A DNA stretch of 64,000 nt from Octopus bimaculoides. Lineage: Eukaryota. The notes below the pieces were generated by a model. The model was not told the DNA's origin. It did no database searches and was given only the letters and a program-made list of their open reading frames with translations. This document shows positions 1 through 13,390 of this stretch, one piece after another; the first letter of the stretch is position 1; each line of letters opens with the position of its first letter. Made by a program: the position numbers and the translations under genes. The stretch covers positions 131,301,951 through 131,365,950 of the forward strand of contig NC_068982.1 of assembly GCF_001194135.2 (NCBI RefSeq), in the 5' to 3' direction.

Positions 1-879
1 AGGAGAGCTGCAAGCAGTCCAGCATCCACAAAGAGAGGGTTATAACTAGTTTTAGAAATAAAGTATGTAAATCAGGTAAAATACATTTTAAATGCATTAA
101 AAAAAATCTTTACCAGGTTTAGAATATTAGTAGGATGTGTTAAGAGAGCAGAAACATGACTGATGACAAACCACTGCACAAAATTAGCTTCTGTTTGATC
201 AAGATAATCTGCTTTTGTTTTTTTTTTTTTTCTTTTTGCACATTTGTAAAATTCCATTTGGTTTAAAAGAAGCACTGAGTTACAAGAGCTTGAGAATCAC
301 TGCACTATAGCATTAGACAAAATGTCATGAGATATTTCTTCCAGTACCTTACATTCTGAGATCAAATCCAGGTGAGGACAATTCTACCTTTCATTCTTTC
401 AGAGTCACTAAAAAAAGTAGCAAGGAAAGTGTCAGGAAGATGTTTTGTGATATTTATTCCATCTCTTTGTGTTCTGAGGTCAACCCAACAGTAACCTATT
501 TGAGTGATAGATTTAACAACTACCACCTGGTGCCAGAGTATTTTTATCAGAATCTACTCTGTTGCAAGCGACTAGGCCTGGTCTCTGGCTTGAGGATGCT
601 TTCTTCCCACCCTCTGGTGAGTTTCAGGAACCCTAAAAAAGGCTATAAGTACCACCCTTACCTCTTAAAGACTAAAAGATTTTTTTTAAATGCACAGCAC
701 TGATAGGGGCACATTTAAAAGAAAATATATCAGATTCATAACTACAGAGAAGTTAAACTCTATCTGTAACTTACTAACAGTACATATACTGTAACATGAC
801 ATAGTAACTTGTATATCACTCATCAGATGCATGAAATCATGACACGGAAATTTTTAAATGGAAGAAGTATCAGCCAGGG

Positions 880-1600
880 TGAACTAGAATACCTACTGAG
901 TGACTTCAACCTCCCCAGTTTCATATAACAAGAGTGCAACATTCTCACACAAATAACACAGCATGAACACAGGCAGGCATAGTCTGTTTAACTTCAAAAG
1001 TATGCAGTTCATGGAACAAATGGCCTGCTCTTCAACCACAGGTTACAATATACAGGAACTTTGCTTCACAAATAATATGGAATTCATCCAGAGTGTAAGT
1101 GTGATTATTACAATCTTCTCAGACTGTAACATAACATAGAATTAATAATGTAGATGGTCAAAACAAATATGTAACTCAGCAACCACACCACCCAAGGTGA
1201 AAAAGAAGCTTGCCAATCTTGCAACCTCAATTTCTACAAGGCTAAATGGAAATCATCTGAGAAAGATAAATTGGTCTCAAATAGCCTGTATGCAAGAAAA
1301 ATATAAAAGCTGAAGCAACTTAAGTCAGTGGTAAAAGCTATAGGCATTAAGCGTGTCCCAATGAAGAAGTTTGATAATGTTCACATGAACATCATCTTCA
1401 GAAAGACAGGAAATGTATCAAGAGATAAAGAACAAATGTCTCAAATCAATAAGATAAATAAATGATTGAGAGTGAAAGGAATCACTTAAAAAAGGTGATT
1501 ACAGACACTGGAAATAAAGTTCTCATGTGTAAAGGAAACTTAAACTGTAGACAACATAAAAACAAATCCTTAAGTTCTTTCTAACTTTGTGAAAGAAACA
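880..1600 (+). mobile_element. Decayed CR1/L2-like LINE fragment (endonuclease region)
   Basis: Broken frames give LLSDFNLPSF (cf. GDFNLP) and DNIKTNP (cf. IKTNPKxF). Many stops and frameshifts. Confidence 0.45.
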
Positions 1601-1813
1601 ACTCTTATGGGTTTTTTTTCTTAATAACCCAAACATGTGCCAATGCATGCATGATATATTCAGTGTTTGAGATATTTCATTAAGCAACAGTACATGTTCT
1701 CATAGGGTAAAAAAATATTGTATCATCATTATACATAATTTATACAAAGGTAAAATTGAGTAAAAGTATCGTCTTTTGTTTGTTTTTTTTTGAAAATTGA
1801 ATATCATACATAC

Positions 1814-1948
1814 CTTTTTCTCATTGCTTGTCACCATTGACAAATATAGCCATGTCAATGTAGGAATGAATTCAAAAGTGAAGCGTTGTAGTTCTAATTC
1901 TTTAGAGCGAAAGAATTCAAACAACTGGTGACATATAGGATCTAAAAT
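1814..1948 (-). CDS. FAM126A: Hyccin coding exon 3: ILDPICHQLFEFFRSKELELQRFTFEFIPTLTWLYLSMVTSNEKK; gene continues beyond the left edge
   Basis: 135 nt, phase 0/0, acceptor TTTTCTGCAG, donor AAG|GTATGT. Strong match to human [36 protein letters not shown]. Confidence 0.95.
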
Positions 1949-2669
1949 CTGCAGAAAATAAGTAAATTAAATACAAGTATCCAAATCTTTGATTAATATA
2001 TGATTAATATACATCGAAATATACAAATCTAACAACATATCATCATCACCTCACATAAGTCCAATGGAATTTGCTAAAGCAGATTTTCTAGATAGATGCC
2101 CTTCCTCTTGCCAACACTTACCCGTTTCCAAATAAGGTAATGAGGCACAGGAGGTTGGAAACAAATACTACTGCCTTTACAATGGTGACTCAGGTTTACA
2201 ACAATTACACAATATTACAACACATGCACACATACATATATAGATACATATGTGTGTGTATGTGTGTGCATGTGTGTGTGATGAACTTCTATAAATTTCT
2301 GACAACCAAATCCACTTACAGGGCTTTGGTCAGCCCACCACTATAATAGAACACAGCTGCCCAAGGAGTCATGCAGTGGAAGTGAACCCAAAACCAAGGG
2401 ACTGGAAAGTGGTGAAGGCTAACAATTTATTTTAAAAATTTCACTTGCTGACATTTTCTAATTCACACAGAATCTGCACATGTTTACACATGTACCACTA
2501 TGAAATCATATTTCCCAAACATATCAGAAAAAAAAGAGTGGCTGTATTGGTGTCTCCATTACAGGCACTTAAATGCCCTAATATTAGACTATTTTCTGTA
2601 GTCAATATACAGTGAAAGCTCATAATTCTATTTATAATATTTCATTCATTTCTTCACTCAAATAGAATT

Positions 2670-2710
<41 letters not shown>

Positions 2711-2971
2711 TTGCTATTGTTAAACTGTTGTATGTCCCAATTAGGCCAAATGTATTTTTTTTTTCAATATTTATTTTTGCTTGCAATAGCTGGTTCTTTC
2801 GGTCAAGCTATTTTATCTCCAGCTGCTTCAGATGTCAAGATATGAAAATTGTCAAAGTGTAGTACAACGGTTCTGCGATGAAATGGTGAAACTATTTTTT
2901 CATTCTCAGAAAAGGAAACATTTTGGACATTTAAATAATAGCAACTATCTCTCTCTCTATATATATATATA

Positions 2972-3780
2972 CTCTTTACTCTTTTACTTGTTTCAGTCAT
3001 TTGACATAGGCCATGCTAGAGCACTGCCTTTAGTCGAGCAAATCGACCCCAGGGCTTATTCTTTGTAAGCCTAGTACTTATTCTATCGGTCTCTTTTGCT
3101 GAACCGCTAAGTTACAGGGACGTAAACACACCAGCATCAGTTGTCAAGCAATGTTGGGGGGACAAACACAGATACACAAACACACATATATATATACATA
3201 TACATATATACAACGGGCTTCTTTCAGTTTCCGTCTACCAAATCCACTCACAAGGCTTTGGTTGGCCCGAGGCTATAGTAGAAGACACTTGCCCAAGGTG
3301 CCATGCAGTGGGCCTGAACCCAGAACATTGTGGTTTGTAAGCAAGCTACTTACCACACAGCCACTCCTCTTATTACATGCATGTGTACCTTATATTCTTC
3401 TATTCTTTTACTTGGTTCAGTCATTTTGACTGTGGCTATGCTTGATCACTGCCTTTCAGTCAAAGAAATCAAACCCTGGACTTATTCTTTGTAAGCCTGG
3501 TACTTATTTTATCAGTCTCTTTTGCTGCACAACTAAATTACGGGGACGTAAACACACCAAGATCGGTTATCAAGCAATGGTGGAGGGACAAACACAGACA
3601 CACAAATATATACATATATATATATATAACAAGCATTTTTTCAGTTTCTGTCTACCAAATCCACTCACAAGGCTTTGGTTAGCCCAAGGCTATAATAGAA
3701 GACACTAGCCCAAGGTGCCATGCAGTGGAACCTGGAACCATGTGGTTGGGAAGCAAGCTTCTTACCACACAGCTACACCT
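2972..3780 (-). mobile_element. Two tandem copies of an abundant tRNA-head SINE (2972-3368, ~3400-3780)
   Basis: The same ~400-bp consensus recurs across the window. Reverse-strand head AGGAGTGGCTGTGTGGTAAG...GGGTTCAG has A/B-box-like motifs, with an internal (TA/CA) tract. Confidence 0.85.
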
Positions 3781-3786
3781 GCACCT

Positions 3787-3833
<47 letters not shown>

Positions 3834-4253
3834 NNNNNNNNNNNNNNNNNNNNNNNNNNNNNNNNNNNNNNNNNNNNNNNNNNNNNNNNNNNNNNNNNNN
3901 NNNNNNNNNNNNNNNNNNNNNNNNNNNNNNNNNNNNNNNNNNNNNNNNNNNNNNNNNNNNNNNNNNNNNNNNNNNNNNNNNNNNNNNNNNNNNNNNNNNN
4001 NNNNNNNNNNNNNNNNNNNNNNNNNNNNNNNNNNNNNNNNNNNNNNNNNNNNNNNNNNNNNNNNNNNNNNNNNNNNNNNNNNNNNNNNNNNNNNNNNNNN
4101 NNNNNNNNNNNNNNNNNNNNNNNNNNNNNNNNNNNNNNNNNNNNNNNNNNNNNNNNNNNNNNNNNNNNNNNNNNNNNNNNNNNNNNNNNNNNNNNNNNNN
4201 NNNNNNNNNNNNNNNNNNNNNNNNNNNNNNNNNNNNNNNNNNNNNNNNNNNNN
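3834..4253. other. Assembly gap (others: 10548-11394, 14147-14615, 16096-16346, 34626-34747, 54302-54488)
   Basis: N runs, mostly abutting microsatellites or tandem repeats. These generate the long X-filled ORFs in the supplied track. Confidence 0.99.
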
Positions 4254-4495
4254 GGCACATAAAAGACACCATTTCGAGCGTGGCCGTTTTCGTGCGGGTG
4301 ACACGTAAAAGCACCCACTACACTCTCTGAGTGGTTGGCGTTAGGAAGGGCATCCAGCTGTAGAAACTCTGCCAAATTAGACTGGAGCCTGGTGTTGCCA
4401 ACCGGTTTCACCAGTCCTCAGTCAAATCGTCCAACCCATGCTAGCATGGAAAGCGGACGTTAAACGATGATGATGATGATGATGATGATGATGAT
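4254..4495 (+). mobile_element. 5'-truncated RTE LINE 3' end with (GAT)n tail
   Basis: Ends ...GCATGGAAAGCGGACGTTAAAC(GAT)n, the same 3' end that is attached to RTE coding sequence at 15632-17005. Confidence 0.8.
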
Positions 4496-4879
4496 ATATA
4501 TTTGGATGGATGGATAGATGTCTATCAGTTTTGATGATGAATATTTAGTTGTTTGATCAAGTGAATTACCTGCCCCTGAAGTAATACATAAGTGGTCAAG
4601 TATTCCACAGATATATGTACACTTAACATGATATTTCAGGCAGAATCAGCATGAGACAGTGTGTAGTAAAGCTGTACATTTGAATTATAGGTAGAATTCA
4701 TCTGACAGGCTTCTGCACAGTTTCCACCTAACTAATTTTGCCCATAAAATATGGATTGAATTGAGGTTATAGAAAATGACATTTATTCTCTGGCAGACCT
4801 AGATAATAATTTTCAAGTGTGGAAACAAGGCCTGGAATCTAAGGGCCTTACAGTTAATTTAGCTTTATCCAAAGTCCTA

Positions 4880-5270
4880 GTAAATAGGAAGACAGATAAA
4901 TCACCAAGTTCCTTCAGGGAGATGGCCCTGCTCAATATATAAGAAGGGTGTTGGTAGAAACTCAAAACGTTGCATCCAGTGCATGCTTAGGACACATAAG
5001 AGGTGTAGTGTGGTATCACAGGTAGGTTAACAAGAGAATATAGTCTTTGTGTGTGGTAAATGTACAGGTACAATAAGCACTACCAATACACAGACAATAA
5101 ACTCCCCCAAATGCTCAGGGGGAATCACTAGAAGTAGTAGTAGCTTCTGTTACCAAGGAGACCAAGTTAGTAGTGGTGGAGGAAGTTCTGAAACTGTAGT
5201 TGCTAGGATAAGAACCGGCAGGGCAAAGTTCAGAGAACTTCTACCTTTGTTGGTAACTAAGAGCCTCTCT
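4880..5270 (+). mobile_element. RTE-clade LINE ORF2 fragment
   Basis: VCGKCTG...SFCYQGDQVSSGGGSSETVVARIRTGRAKFRELLPLLVTK corresponds to the RTE post-RT motif FxYLG...ARIxxGWxKF. Confidence 0.8.
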
Positions 5271-5304
5271 CTCTCTCTCTCTTTCACAGCCTTGGATTTT
5301 TATC

Positions 5305-5703
5305 TCATTCTCTTTTACTTGTTTCAGTCATTTGACTGTGGCCATACTGGAGCACTGCCTTTAGTTGAAGAAATCGACCCCAGGACTTATTCTTTGTAAA
5401 CCTAGTATTTATACTATCGCCTCTTTTGCTGAACCGCTAAGTGACGGGGACGTAAACACACCAGCATCGGTTGTCAAGCGATGTTGGGGGACAAACACAG
5501 ACACACAAATATATACATACACATATACATATATATACATATATACGACGGGCTTCTTTCAGTTTCCATCTACCAAATCTACTCACAAGGATTTGGTCGG
5601 CCCAAGGCTATAGCAGAAGACACTTGCCCAAGGTGCCATGCAGTGAGACTGAACCCGGAACCATGTGGTCGGTAAGCAAGCTACTTACCACACAGACACT
5701 CCT
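5305..5703 (-). mobile_element. tRNA-head SINE copy
   Basis: Near-identical to 2972-3368. Confidence 0.85.
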
Positions 5704-6752
5704 GTTAATGTTGATATAAATATATATGTGTGTGTGTGTGTGTGCGTGTATGAACATACATATGCATGAATATATATCACTGGGTGACTCCTGGAAACTG
5801 GAAATGGAAAACTCTGAGTAATGACTCATGTAGACTCATCTCAGAATGAATGAACAGAAGGCTGGATAAACAGATGGAGAGACAGAAGGATAAAGAGATG
5901 AATATAAGCAAAAGAGGAAATTATAGTACACTGTCTCTATTCCTATAAGACAAAAATTGTGACAAGTAGTATGTAACATACACAGCACAATTTGACATTT
6001 AGGCTTGCCTTGAGAGAATTTTTTGTCATTAGCTTGCAACATTTTAAAAATGACAGTCTTTCAGTATCTGTTATCTCTTTGTTGGAGAGTCAAACATTTT
6101 TCATCTCAACTCATATCTAAAGTGCCTTTTCTTTCACATTCTTTCACATGAAATATATCAACATCATCATCATTCTTATAATTATTTATTTATTCATTTT
6201 GTCATATTCATATGTAATGAATGGATCTGCAATACAACATCTCTTCCATACATTACAATCATGCATCATCTCGTCTGTGATGTTTAATCATGAAAGGGTT
6301 CAATTACACACCATCATCCCTTTGCTTTGCCCTATGTGTACTTTCTATTTTGTAACTCATGACACATTTCTATTCAGGTAATGTTATCCCTTTCACCCTA
6401 CATGTTCACACCTGCATGGTCAACTGATTCGTATGTTTGAAGCAGAAACCTTCATAACCAACCAATCAGTTTCTCAAATCGCTTGTGGTTTCAAGTCTAG
6501 ACAGCACATTGATTAAAACATATGCTGATGCAAATCTGTATTTATTGCATACATTTCACAGACATAAAACATTAAATTTCTGACACACGCTTTACATGAA
6601 CTATCCAGTATGGCCACAGTCCAATGACTGAAACAAGTAAAAGAATAAAAGAATGAAAAACAATAAAACAATTAAATAAATGCAGAAATTACTTAACTTT
6701 CCTAACTTAATGGAAATAACTCAAGAGATAAAGCCATCAATATATATCTTAC

Positions 6753-6857
6753 CTCAACTCCCGGCCTCTGCTCTAATACTTCATATAGAGAAGTAACCAG
6801 TTCATCATTGTGACGCAGAGTATTTGCATATGTGTGGATTTCAGATTCAGATAATGC
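6753..6857 (-). CDS. FAM126A: Hyccin coding exon 2: ALSESEIHTYANTLRHNDELVTSLYEVLEQRPGVE
   Basis: 105 nt, phase 0/0, acceptor TTTCAG, donor GAG|GTAAGA. Similar to human [34 protein letters not shown]. Confidence 0.92.
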
Positions 6858-9649
6858 CTGAAATATAGAAACCAAAAATTATATATTTAAATGGTGTTTA
6901 AATATTGTTTCCAATATATAACATACATATACAGAAAATTATTATAGATTCACAATTAAAAACCTGCACTAATGTGTTACATAATTAAGAACTTGGCATT
7001 TTGTAATCACAGATAACCATAACAGGGATGAGCACCATCAAATGTGTTATCGATTTGGGCTGGATTTAAGAGACAATATGGACATGGAGCTTCAACCAGA
7101 CTCTCCATGGGTAAGGAAGTAAGGAGCAAAGGTATAAAGTCTTCTGAGTAGGTTAACAGGAACGGGAGGGGTGGAGCTGGTGTTTTGTTGACAGAGAAAT
7201 GGATAAATAATATAATTAAGGTAGTCAGGGTATACAGTAGAATAATGAAGCTTGAGTTAGTCATAGACAAAACAACAGTAATAGTGAGGGTTGGTAGATG
7301 AACAGAATGAGCACTTTTACAAGACCCTTCTTTAGACTACTCCATGACAATTGACAGTATTCATATATATCACATTCCCTTACAGTCTACCTTTTCTATT
7401 ACTCTTCTCCTTCTATTCTTTCTTTTCTCATCGCACCACTTATGCTGCTTTTCTATTCAATATCCCTACCAATAAACCACATATAGCTGCCTGTTACTGT
7501 CACTCACTCTCCCAATACTATCTCTTCTACCGCTTTTTCACACCAATTACCTTATTTCTCCCATCATACTCGTACTTTTTTTTTCTTTCACCCTGTGTTC
7601 ATTACTATAGTCTAAGCTTACAGACTACTAAACAGATTTTTAGATGTAGCAAAGCCGTCATGCATATTTCTGGCCAAGATTAATATGTTTGAAGAATTAC
7701 CAGGAGGGGATTATTTCTTGCAGACAACTTTCAGTACAACTCCCTTTAATTCAGTAATGCAATTTTCATGGCATTTACTCCTTTATGTTATTTTTCAAAC
7801 CTCTTTAAGTTATTCTAAGTATGCAAATTATCCTTGGTCGAAAATATAAGTATTTTCTATGATATAAAAATCTTATTTACTGAGCAGTGGACTTAGTTCA
7901 ACAGTATTCCTGATATCAAATAGCCTGAAACACATATTCAAAGTTGACCGTTGTCTACAAATAAAGATCAGATTGTCCTTTCCCTGAGTATGTGAGAAAT
8001 TTATTCTTGTGCCTCACTAGCTGGTGGTCTGTCATGCTAATTATATGCAAATCACTTCTCACAAGTAATAATAAAATGTGCATACTGTGCCGTATCAAAT
8101 GTGGAGAAGTCCAGGAAGTACTCTACTTTCAGAAAACTTGTGTCTCAAGTGCACATGCACAAAACCGAGTGTAGGTCTTCATGCAGTAAGGATTAATTTT
8201 TAGAAAATATCCCCCCTTTCTCTTACAGAGTTGCTGCTAGGTTTTCACTTTTTGTCTTCATCTCAAGGAAATTTCATTAAATTATTAATTTACATGTATA
8301 TATAAAGTATTTGAAAAGTCACCTGCTAATTTTAATTATCCAACTTAGTACCAACTGACACTTTGAGAAGGCCAGTAATATAAATTAGGATAATTCTGTA
8401 TAAATTTGTTATTTTGAATACAATGCATACATTATCTTTTATCTTTTACTTGTTTCAGTAATTAGAATGTGGCCATGCTGGGGCACCGCCTTTAAGAATT
8501 GTTCAGTTGACTAAATTATTCTCAGTACTTACTTCGTGTTTTTTTAAGCCTGATACTTATTCTGTCAGTCCCTTTATGCTGAATCACTAGTTATGGGGAC
8601 ATAAATTTTTAAAAATCAAATAAATAAAATATATACTTATTTGAAAGCATTCAGAAAGTAAAAAAAAAAAATTCTATCTATCTATATATATTCCTTTCCA
8701 AAGAGTGTATGTTGATGAAAGTGATGCAATTTCTCCCTTTCATTTTGTATCAATATATATCATCATCATTATCATCATGTGCTTATTTGTAAATGAGTAT
8801 GTTAAGTATAGTGACATCATTCATGAATAGCTTCCATTTTGTGAATGACTGGAAATAACTTCACTGTTAATACAATATTCCCTGTCACCCCAAAGTTTTC
8901 TGCATTCCAGGAACCAGAAATGAACTGAAATTATTTTAGTCACAAGGGTTTATATTTTGCTTTTTAAAAAAAAAACCCATTAGTTAAAACATTTCAACAC
9001 TAGAATTTAGTTTCTTTTTTTTTAACACAAACAGAAAACTGAAGTATAGTATCATACACACACACACACATTTATACATATATATATAAGCATGTATCTT
9101 CTATTGTGACCCCAGATTAACCAATAACCAAAGAATCAAGAAAGACTGCAAGACAGAAATTGAGCAGAAGCCTGTTAAAGAGATAAATATGAGCATACAT
9201 GCTGGGGCTTTTGTACATCGCTTGAAAAAAATTCAGTGTTGAGTCAAAATTGTTGCGTGATTACATGATTTAACAAGTGGTTCAACAAGTACCAGATTGA
9301 AACAAGAATCCAGCAGGTGAGAGTTATGTTTGCTTAAACTCCTTTGGAAACAATTTTCCGCTATGGTCACAATCTAATGATTAAAACCAGTAAAAGTATC
9401 TTTTTTATCATTTAATTGTTTCAGCCACTGGACTGCAACCATGCTTGTGGCACCATCTTGAAGGATGTAGTTAAACAAGTGGATCTCAGTACTTGGTTTC
9501 TTTTTAAGTCTAGTACTTATGTTACTGGTCTCTTTTACCAAACTGCTAAGTAACAGGGCCATAAACAAACCAACAGCAACTGTCAAGTGGTGGGGCAGGG
9601 ACTATGGCACTTTAGGTAAATGTCTGCTGAGTTATTAAATCAAATGAAA

Positions 9650-10547
9650 GTTAAAGGGAAAATGAAAGAATATTTGTGACAAGATGGTATGAGATGAAAT
9701 GAAGGAGAGAAACAGACAGAAATAGAGGAAAGACAATGATAACTTTTAGTTAAAATCAGAGAAGAGTGGGTGATAGATGAGATGGGAGGGGGATAAGAGT
9801 AGGATGTGTGACATAGTGAGAGAGGAGGAGAGAAACAGACAGAAATAAAGAAAGGGAACTTGAGAAAGATGAGAAGTGGATATTGGGAAAGAATGTTAAG
9901 GATGTAATAAAGAATAGGTGAGAAGAGAAGTGAAACAGGTAAGAAATGAGAACGAAAGAGATAGAGGATGGAGGAGAGAAGGAAAAAAAGAAAGAGAAGA
10001 AAGAATTGAAGGGGGGAGGAGTGGGAGGAGAAAAATACGAGACAAAGAGAGAGGTGAGGAGAAGGAAAGCAGAAAAGAGAGGAAGAGAGAGGACTGGAGA
10101 GAAGTGGAAGAATGAGAACGGAAGAAGAGAATGAGAAGAAGAGATGGAATGGGAGAAGGAAAAGAAACTGAGAAGAGGAAAAATGAGAGAAAGAGAGGGG
10201 AAGGAACAGAGAGTGGGAAAGTAAGAGAGAGTATAAAATAGAGAGAGACTGGGAGAGGAAGAGAGAATGAGAGAAGAAGAAGGAGAATGATAGAGGAAAG
10301 GGGTGAATGAAATGATGATGAAAATGAGAGATAAAAAGGGGAATCTGAAAGAGGAAGAGAGATAATGAGAAGAAAAAGGAAGATGAGGGTGGAAGAAAAT
10401 GTTACAGAGGAAGAAGGGTGAAAATAAGGAAGAGGGAAGTGTGAATGAAAAATGAATGAGAGAGGGAGAGAGAGGAGGGAGAGAGAGGAGGGAGAGAGAG
10501 GAGGGAGAGAGAGGAGGGAGAGAGAGGAGGGAGAGAGAGGAGGGAGA
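9650..10547 (+). repeat. Purine-rich low-complexity tract ending in a 13-bp tandem repeat (GAGGGAGAGAGAG)n that runs into a gap
   Basis: Plus strand is strongly A/G-biased for ~900 bp; the tandem array spans ~10461-10547. Confidence 0.85.
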
Positions 10548-11545
10548 NNNNNNNNNNNNNNNNNNNNNNNNNNNNNNNNNNNNNNNNNNNNNNNNNNNNN
10601 NNNNNNNNNNNNNNNNNNNNNNNNNNNNNNNNNNNNNNNNNNNNNNNNNNNNNNNNNNNNNNNNNNNNNNNNNNNNNNNNNNNNNNNNNNNNNNNNNNNN
10701 NNNNNNNNNNNNNNNNNNNNNNNNNNNNNNNNNNNNNNNNNNNNNNNNNNNNNNNNNNNNNNNNNNNNNNNNNNNNNNNNNNNNNNNNNNNNNNNNNNNN
10801 NNNNNNNNNNNNNNNNNNNNNNNNNNNNNNNNNNNNNNNNNNNNNNNNNNNNNNNNNNNNNNNNNNNNNNNNNNNNNNNNNNNNNNNNNNNNNNNNNNNN
10901 NNNNNNNNNNNNNNNNNNNNNNNNNNNNNNNNNNNNNNNNNNNNNNNNNNNNNNNNNNNNNNNNNNNNNNNNNNNNNNNNNNNNNNNNNNNNNNNNNNNN
11001 NNNNNNNNNNNNNNNNNNNNNNNNNNNNNNNNNNNNNNNNNNNNNNNNNNNNNNNNNNNNNNNNNNNNNNNNNNNNNNNNNNNNNNNNNNNNNNNNNNNN
11101 NNNNNNNNNNNNNNNNNNNNNNNNNNNNNNNNNNNNNNNNNNNNNNNNNNNNNNNNNNNNNNNNNNNNNNNNNNNNNNNNNNNNNNNNNNNNNNNNNNNN
11201 NNNNNNNNNNNNNNNNNNNNNNNNNNNNNNNNNNNNNNNNNNNNNNNNNNNNNNNNNNNNNNNNNNNNNNNNNNNNNNNNNNNNNNNNNNNNNNNNNNNN
11301 NNNNNNNNNNNNNNNNNNNNNNNNNNNNNNNNNNNNNNNNNNNNNNNNNNNNNNNNNNNNNNNNNNNNNNNNNNNNNNNNNNNNNNNNNNNNNNAATCCA
11401 GCAGCACCATAGCTATCCTCTCCTATTATGAGTGATCAGCACCTGCTTCAACTGGCATTCAACTGGTGGGCACAATTTATCTCATGGTTACTTTACTTCA
11501 CTTATTCGGACAAGACAAAGTGATGACCAAGAGCTAAGTCTAAAT

Positions 11546-11591
<46 letters not shown>

Positions 11592-12025
11592 ATCAAGTTT
11601 AAAGTGATATAGAATAAAATTGAAAAGAAAAAAAAAATTTTAAATAAAATTATATATATATATATATATGAATATATATATATATATATATTATATACCA
11701 ACCTCAGACATCTTCCTTTCCACTTATATCAATATAACTATGCATACACATGTATTATATATATACACATAAGCATAGGAATCATATGTAATTTAAAATA
11801 AATAACGAGATAAATATATAAATTATTATTTTTTTTTTTAGCCAGCTGTTCTAGAAGTTGCCGTCATCATCAATTAAACAGTCGAAAGCAGGATAAGCAA
11901 TACTTGAAGGCAATGATTTGCAATTACAGTACACACCATCACGTCACTGATATTGATTTCAGATTAGGGAAATAAAGGCTAAAAAAAAATGCTAAAAGAT
12001 AGAGAAAAATATCCCCACACACCAA

Positions 12026-12062
<37 letters not shown>

Positions 12063-12503
12063 GTGTGTGTGTGTGTGTGTGTGTATATGTATAGTTATAG
12101 CAGTAGTAATACTAGTACTTGCTCTGTGAAGGTGGTAGTGGTGTTGGTAACAAGTGGCTGAAGGTTGATGATTATTTTAATATTTGCTGATAATTATAAC
12201 CCAAACGCTGTATTTGGAAATAACAATTCATTTCAACCAGGCATAAAGCCAATTTTCCATTTTTTTGTTATTGTTCTGAGGGTTCCTCTTTTTTTCTTTA
12301 TTATTTTTCATTTTTTTTTTTTTTTTTTGGTACTGAATAAAAGGTGTATTAGTTGATTGAATTGTGTGCACACACCATTACCACTATATTACTGGTACTT
12401 ATTTTATTGAACAACTCCACACACATGGACAACTTCAAAGTAGATGCTATAATAATCTAACCAGCTCTCATCCTTTATACGGACTTCACCACCCACTCTG
12501 TAC

Positions 12504-12592
<89 letters not shown>

Positions 12593-13104
12593 CGAGTATA
12601 ATGTAGGACAAACAATAATACTGATATCAAAAGAATTTACTGAAGTTAATGGAACTGATTTAAAATAGAGCTGAGTGTTATTGAAGTCTATTCTGGGTAC
12701 CAAGCATTGGTCAATAATATTTCCAGGACTGGTACCCAGTAAAAAATTATGCTCTCCTATATTCTAGTTTGATATTTGCTGTACACAAAAATATCATAAA
12801 TGTGAAAATAGCCAACCAAGTTTATATATTTTGAGTCTCAAATCTTCTGATAGCTTTTTCAATGTCCATATATGCAAGATTCTTAATTCTACAACCTTTA
12901 ATTTGCCCAATTGTTGATAATAAGTGCAAGGGGTTTTAAAAGATGATACTTGTAACAAACTGCTATCTTACTTAGGGGTAGAGCTCATTAACAAATTGCA
13001 TTTTATTGAAACAAAATAAAACAAACAAAAATCAAGAGGTTATTAGTAAACTGAGTCTCTAACTCACACTTGATTTCAGTTCAGAACTGTTTTCAATGCC
13101 CCTT

Positions 13105-13390
13105 GACCGGCTCCCATGCTGGTGGCATGTAAAAAGCACCATCTGAATGTGGTTGATGCCAGTGCCCTCTGACTGGCTCCTATGCCAGTGGCACATAAAA
13201 AGTACCCACTACACTCGTGGAGTGGTTGATGTTAGGAAGGGTATCCAGCTGTAGAAACATTGCCAAATCAGATTGGAGCCTGGTGCAGCCTACTGACTTG
13301 CCATTCCTCAGTCAAACCATCCAAGCCATGCCAGCATGGAAAGCAGACACTATATGATGATGATGATGATGATAATGATGATGATGATGT
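13105..13390 (+). mobile_element. RTE 3' end fragment with (GAT)n tail
   Basis: Same 3' consensus as 4254-4495. An oppositely oriented related copy lies at ~13540-13730. Confidence 0.75.

Noticed and set aside
72-275. ORF DYLDQTEANFVQWFVISHVSALLTHPTNILNL as hyccin exon 4
   Set aside because: It does not match the expected next segment (GCIEALLLGVYNLEI), and the would-be acceptor is preceded by an A-run rather than pyrimidines.
3679-4411. Long ORFs across N runs (also at 9896-11435, 14111-14744, 15979-16415, 34550-34839, 53930-54615)
   Set aside because: Artefacts of assembly gaps and microsatellites.
7600-7665. Possible degenerate hammerhead or Penelope end (TAGTCT/AGACTA hairpin)
   Set aside because: Core nucleotides are absent; too degenerate to support.
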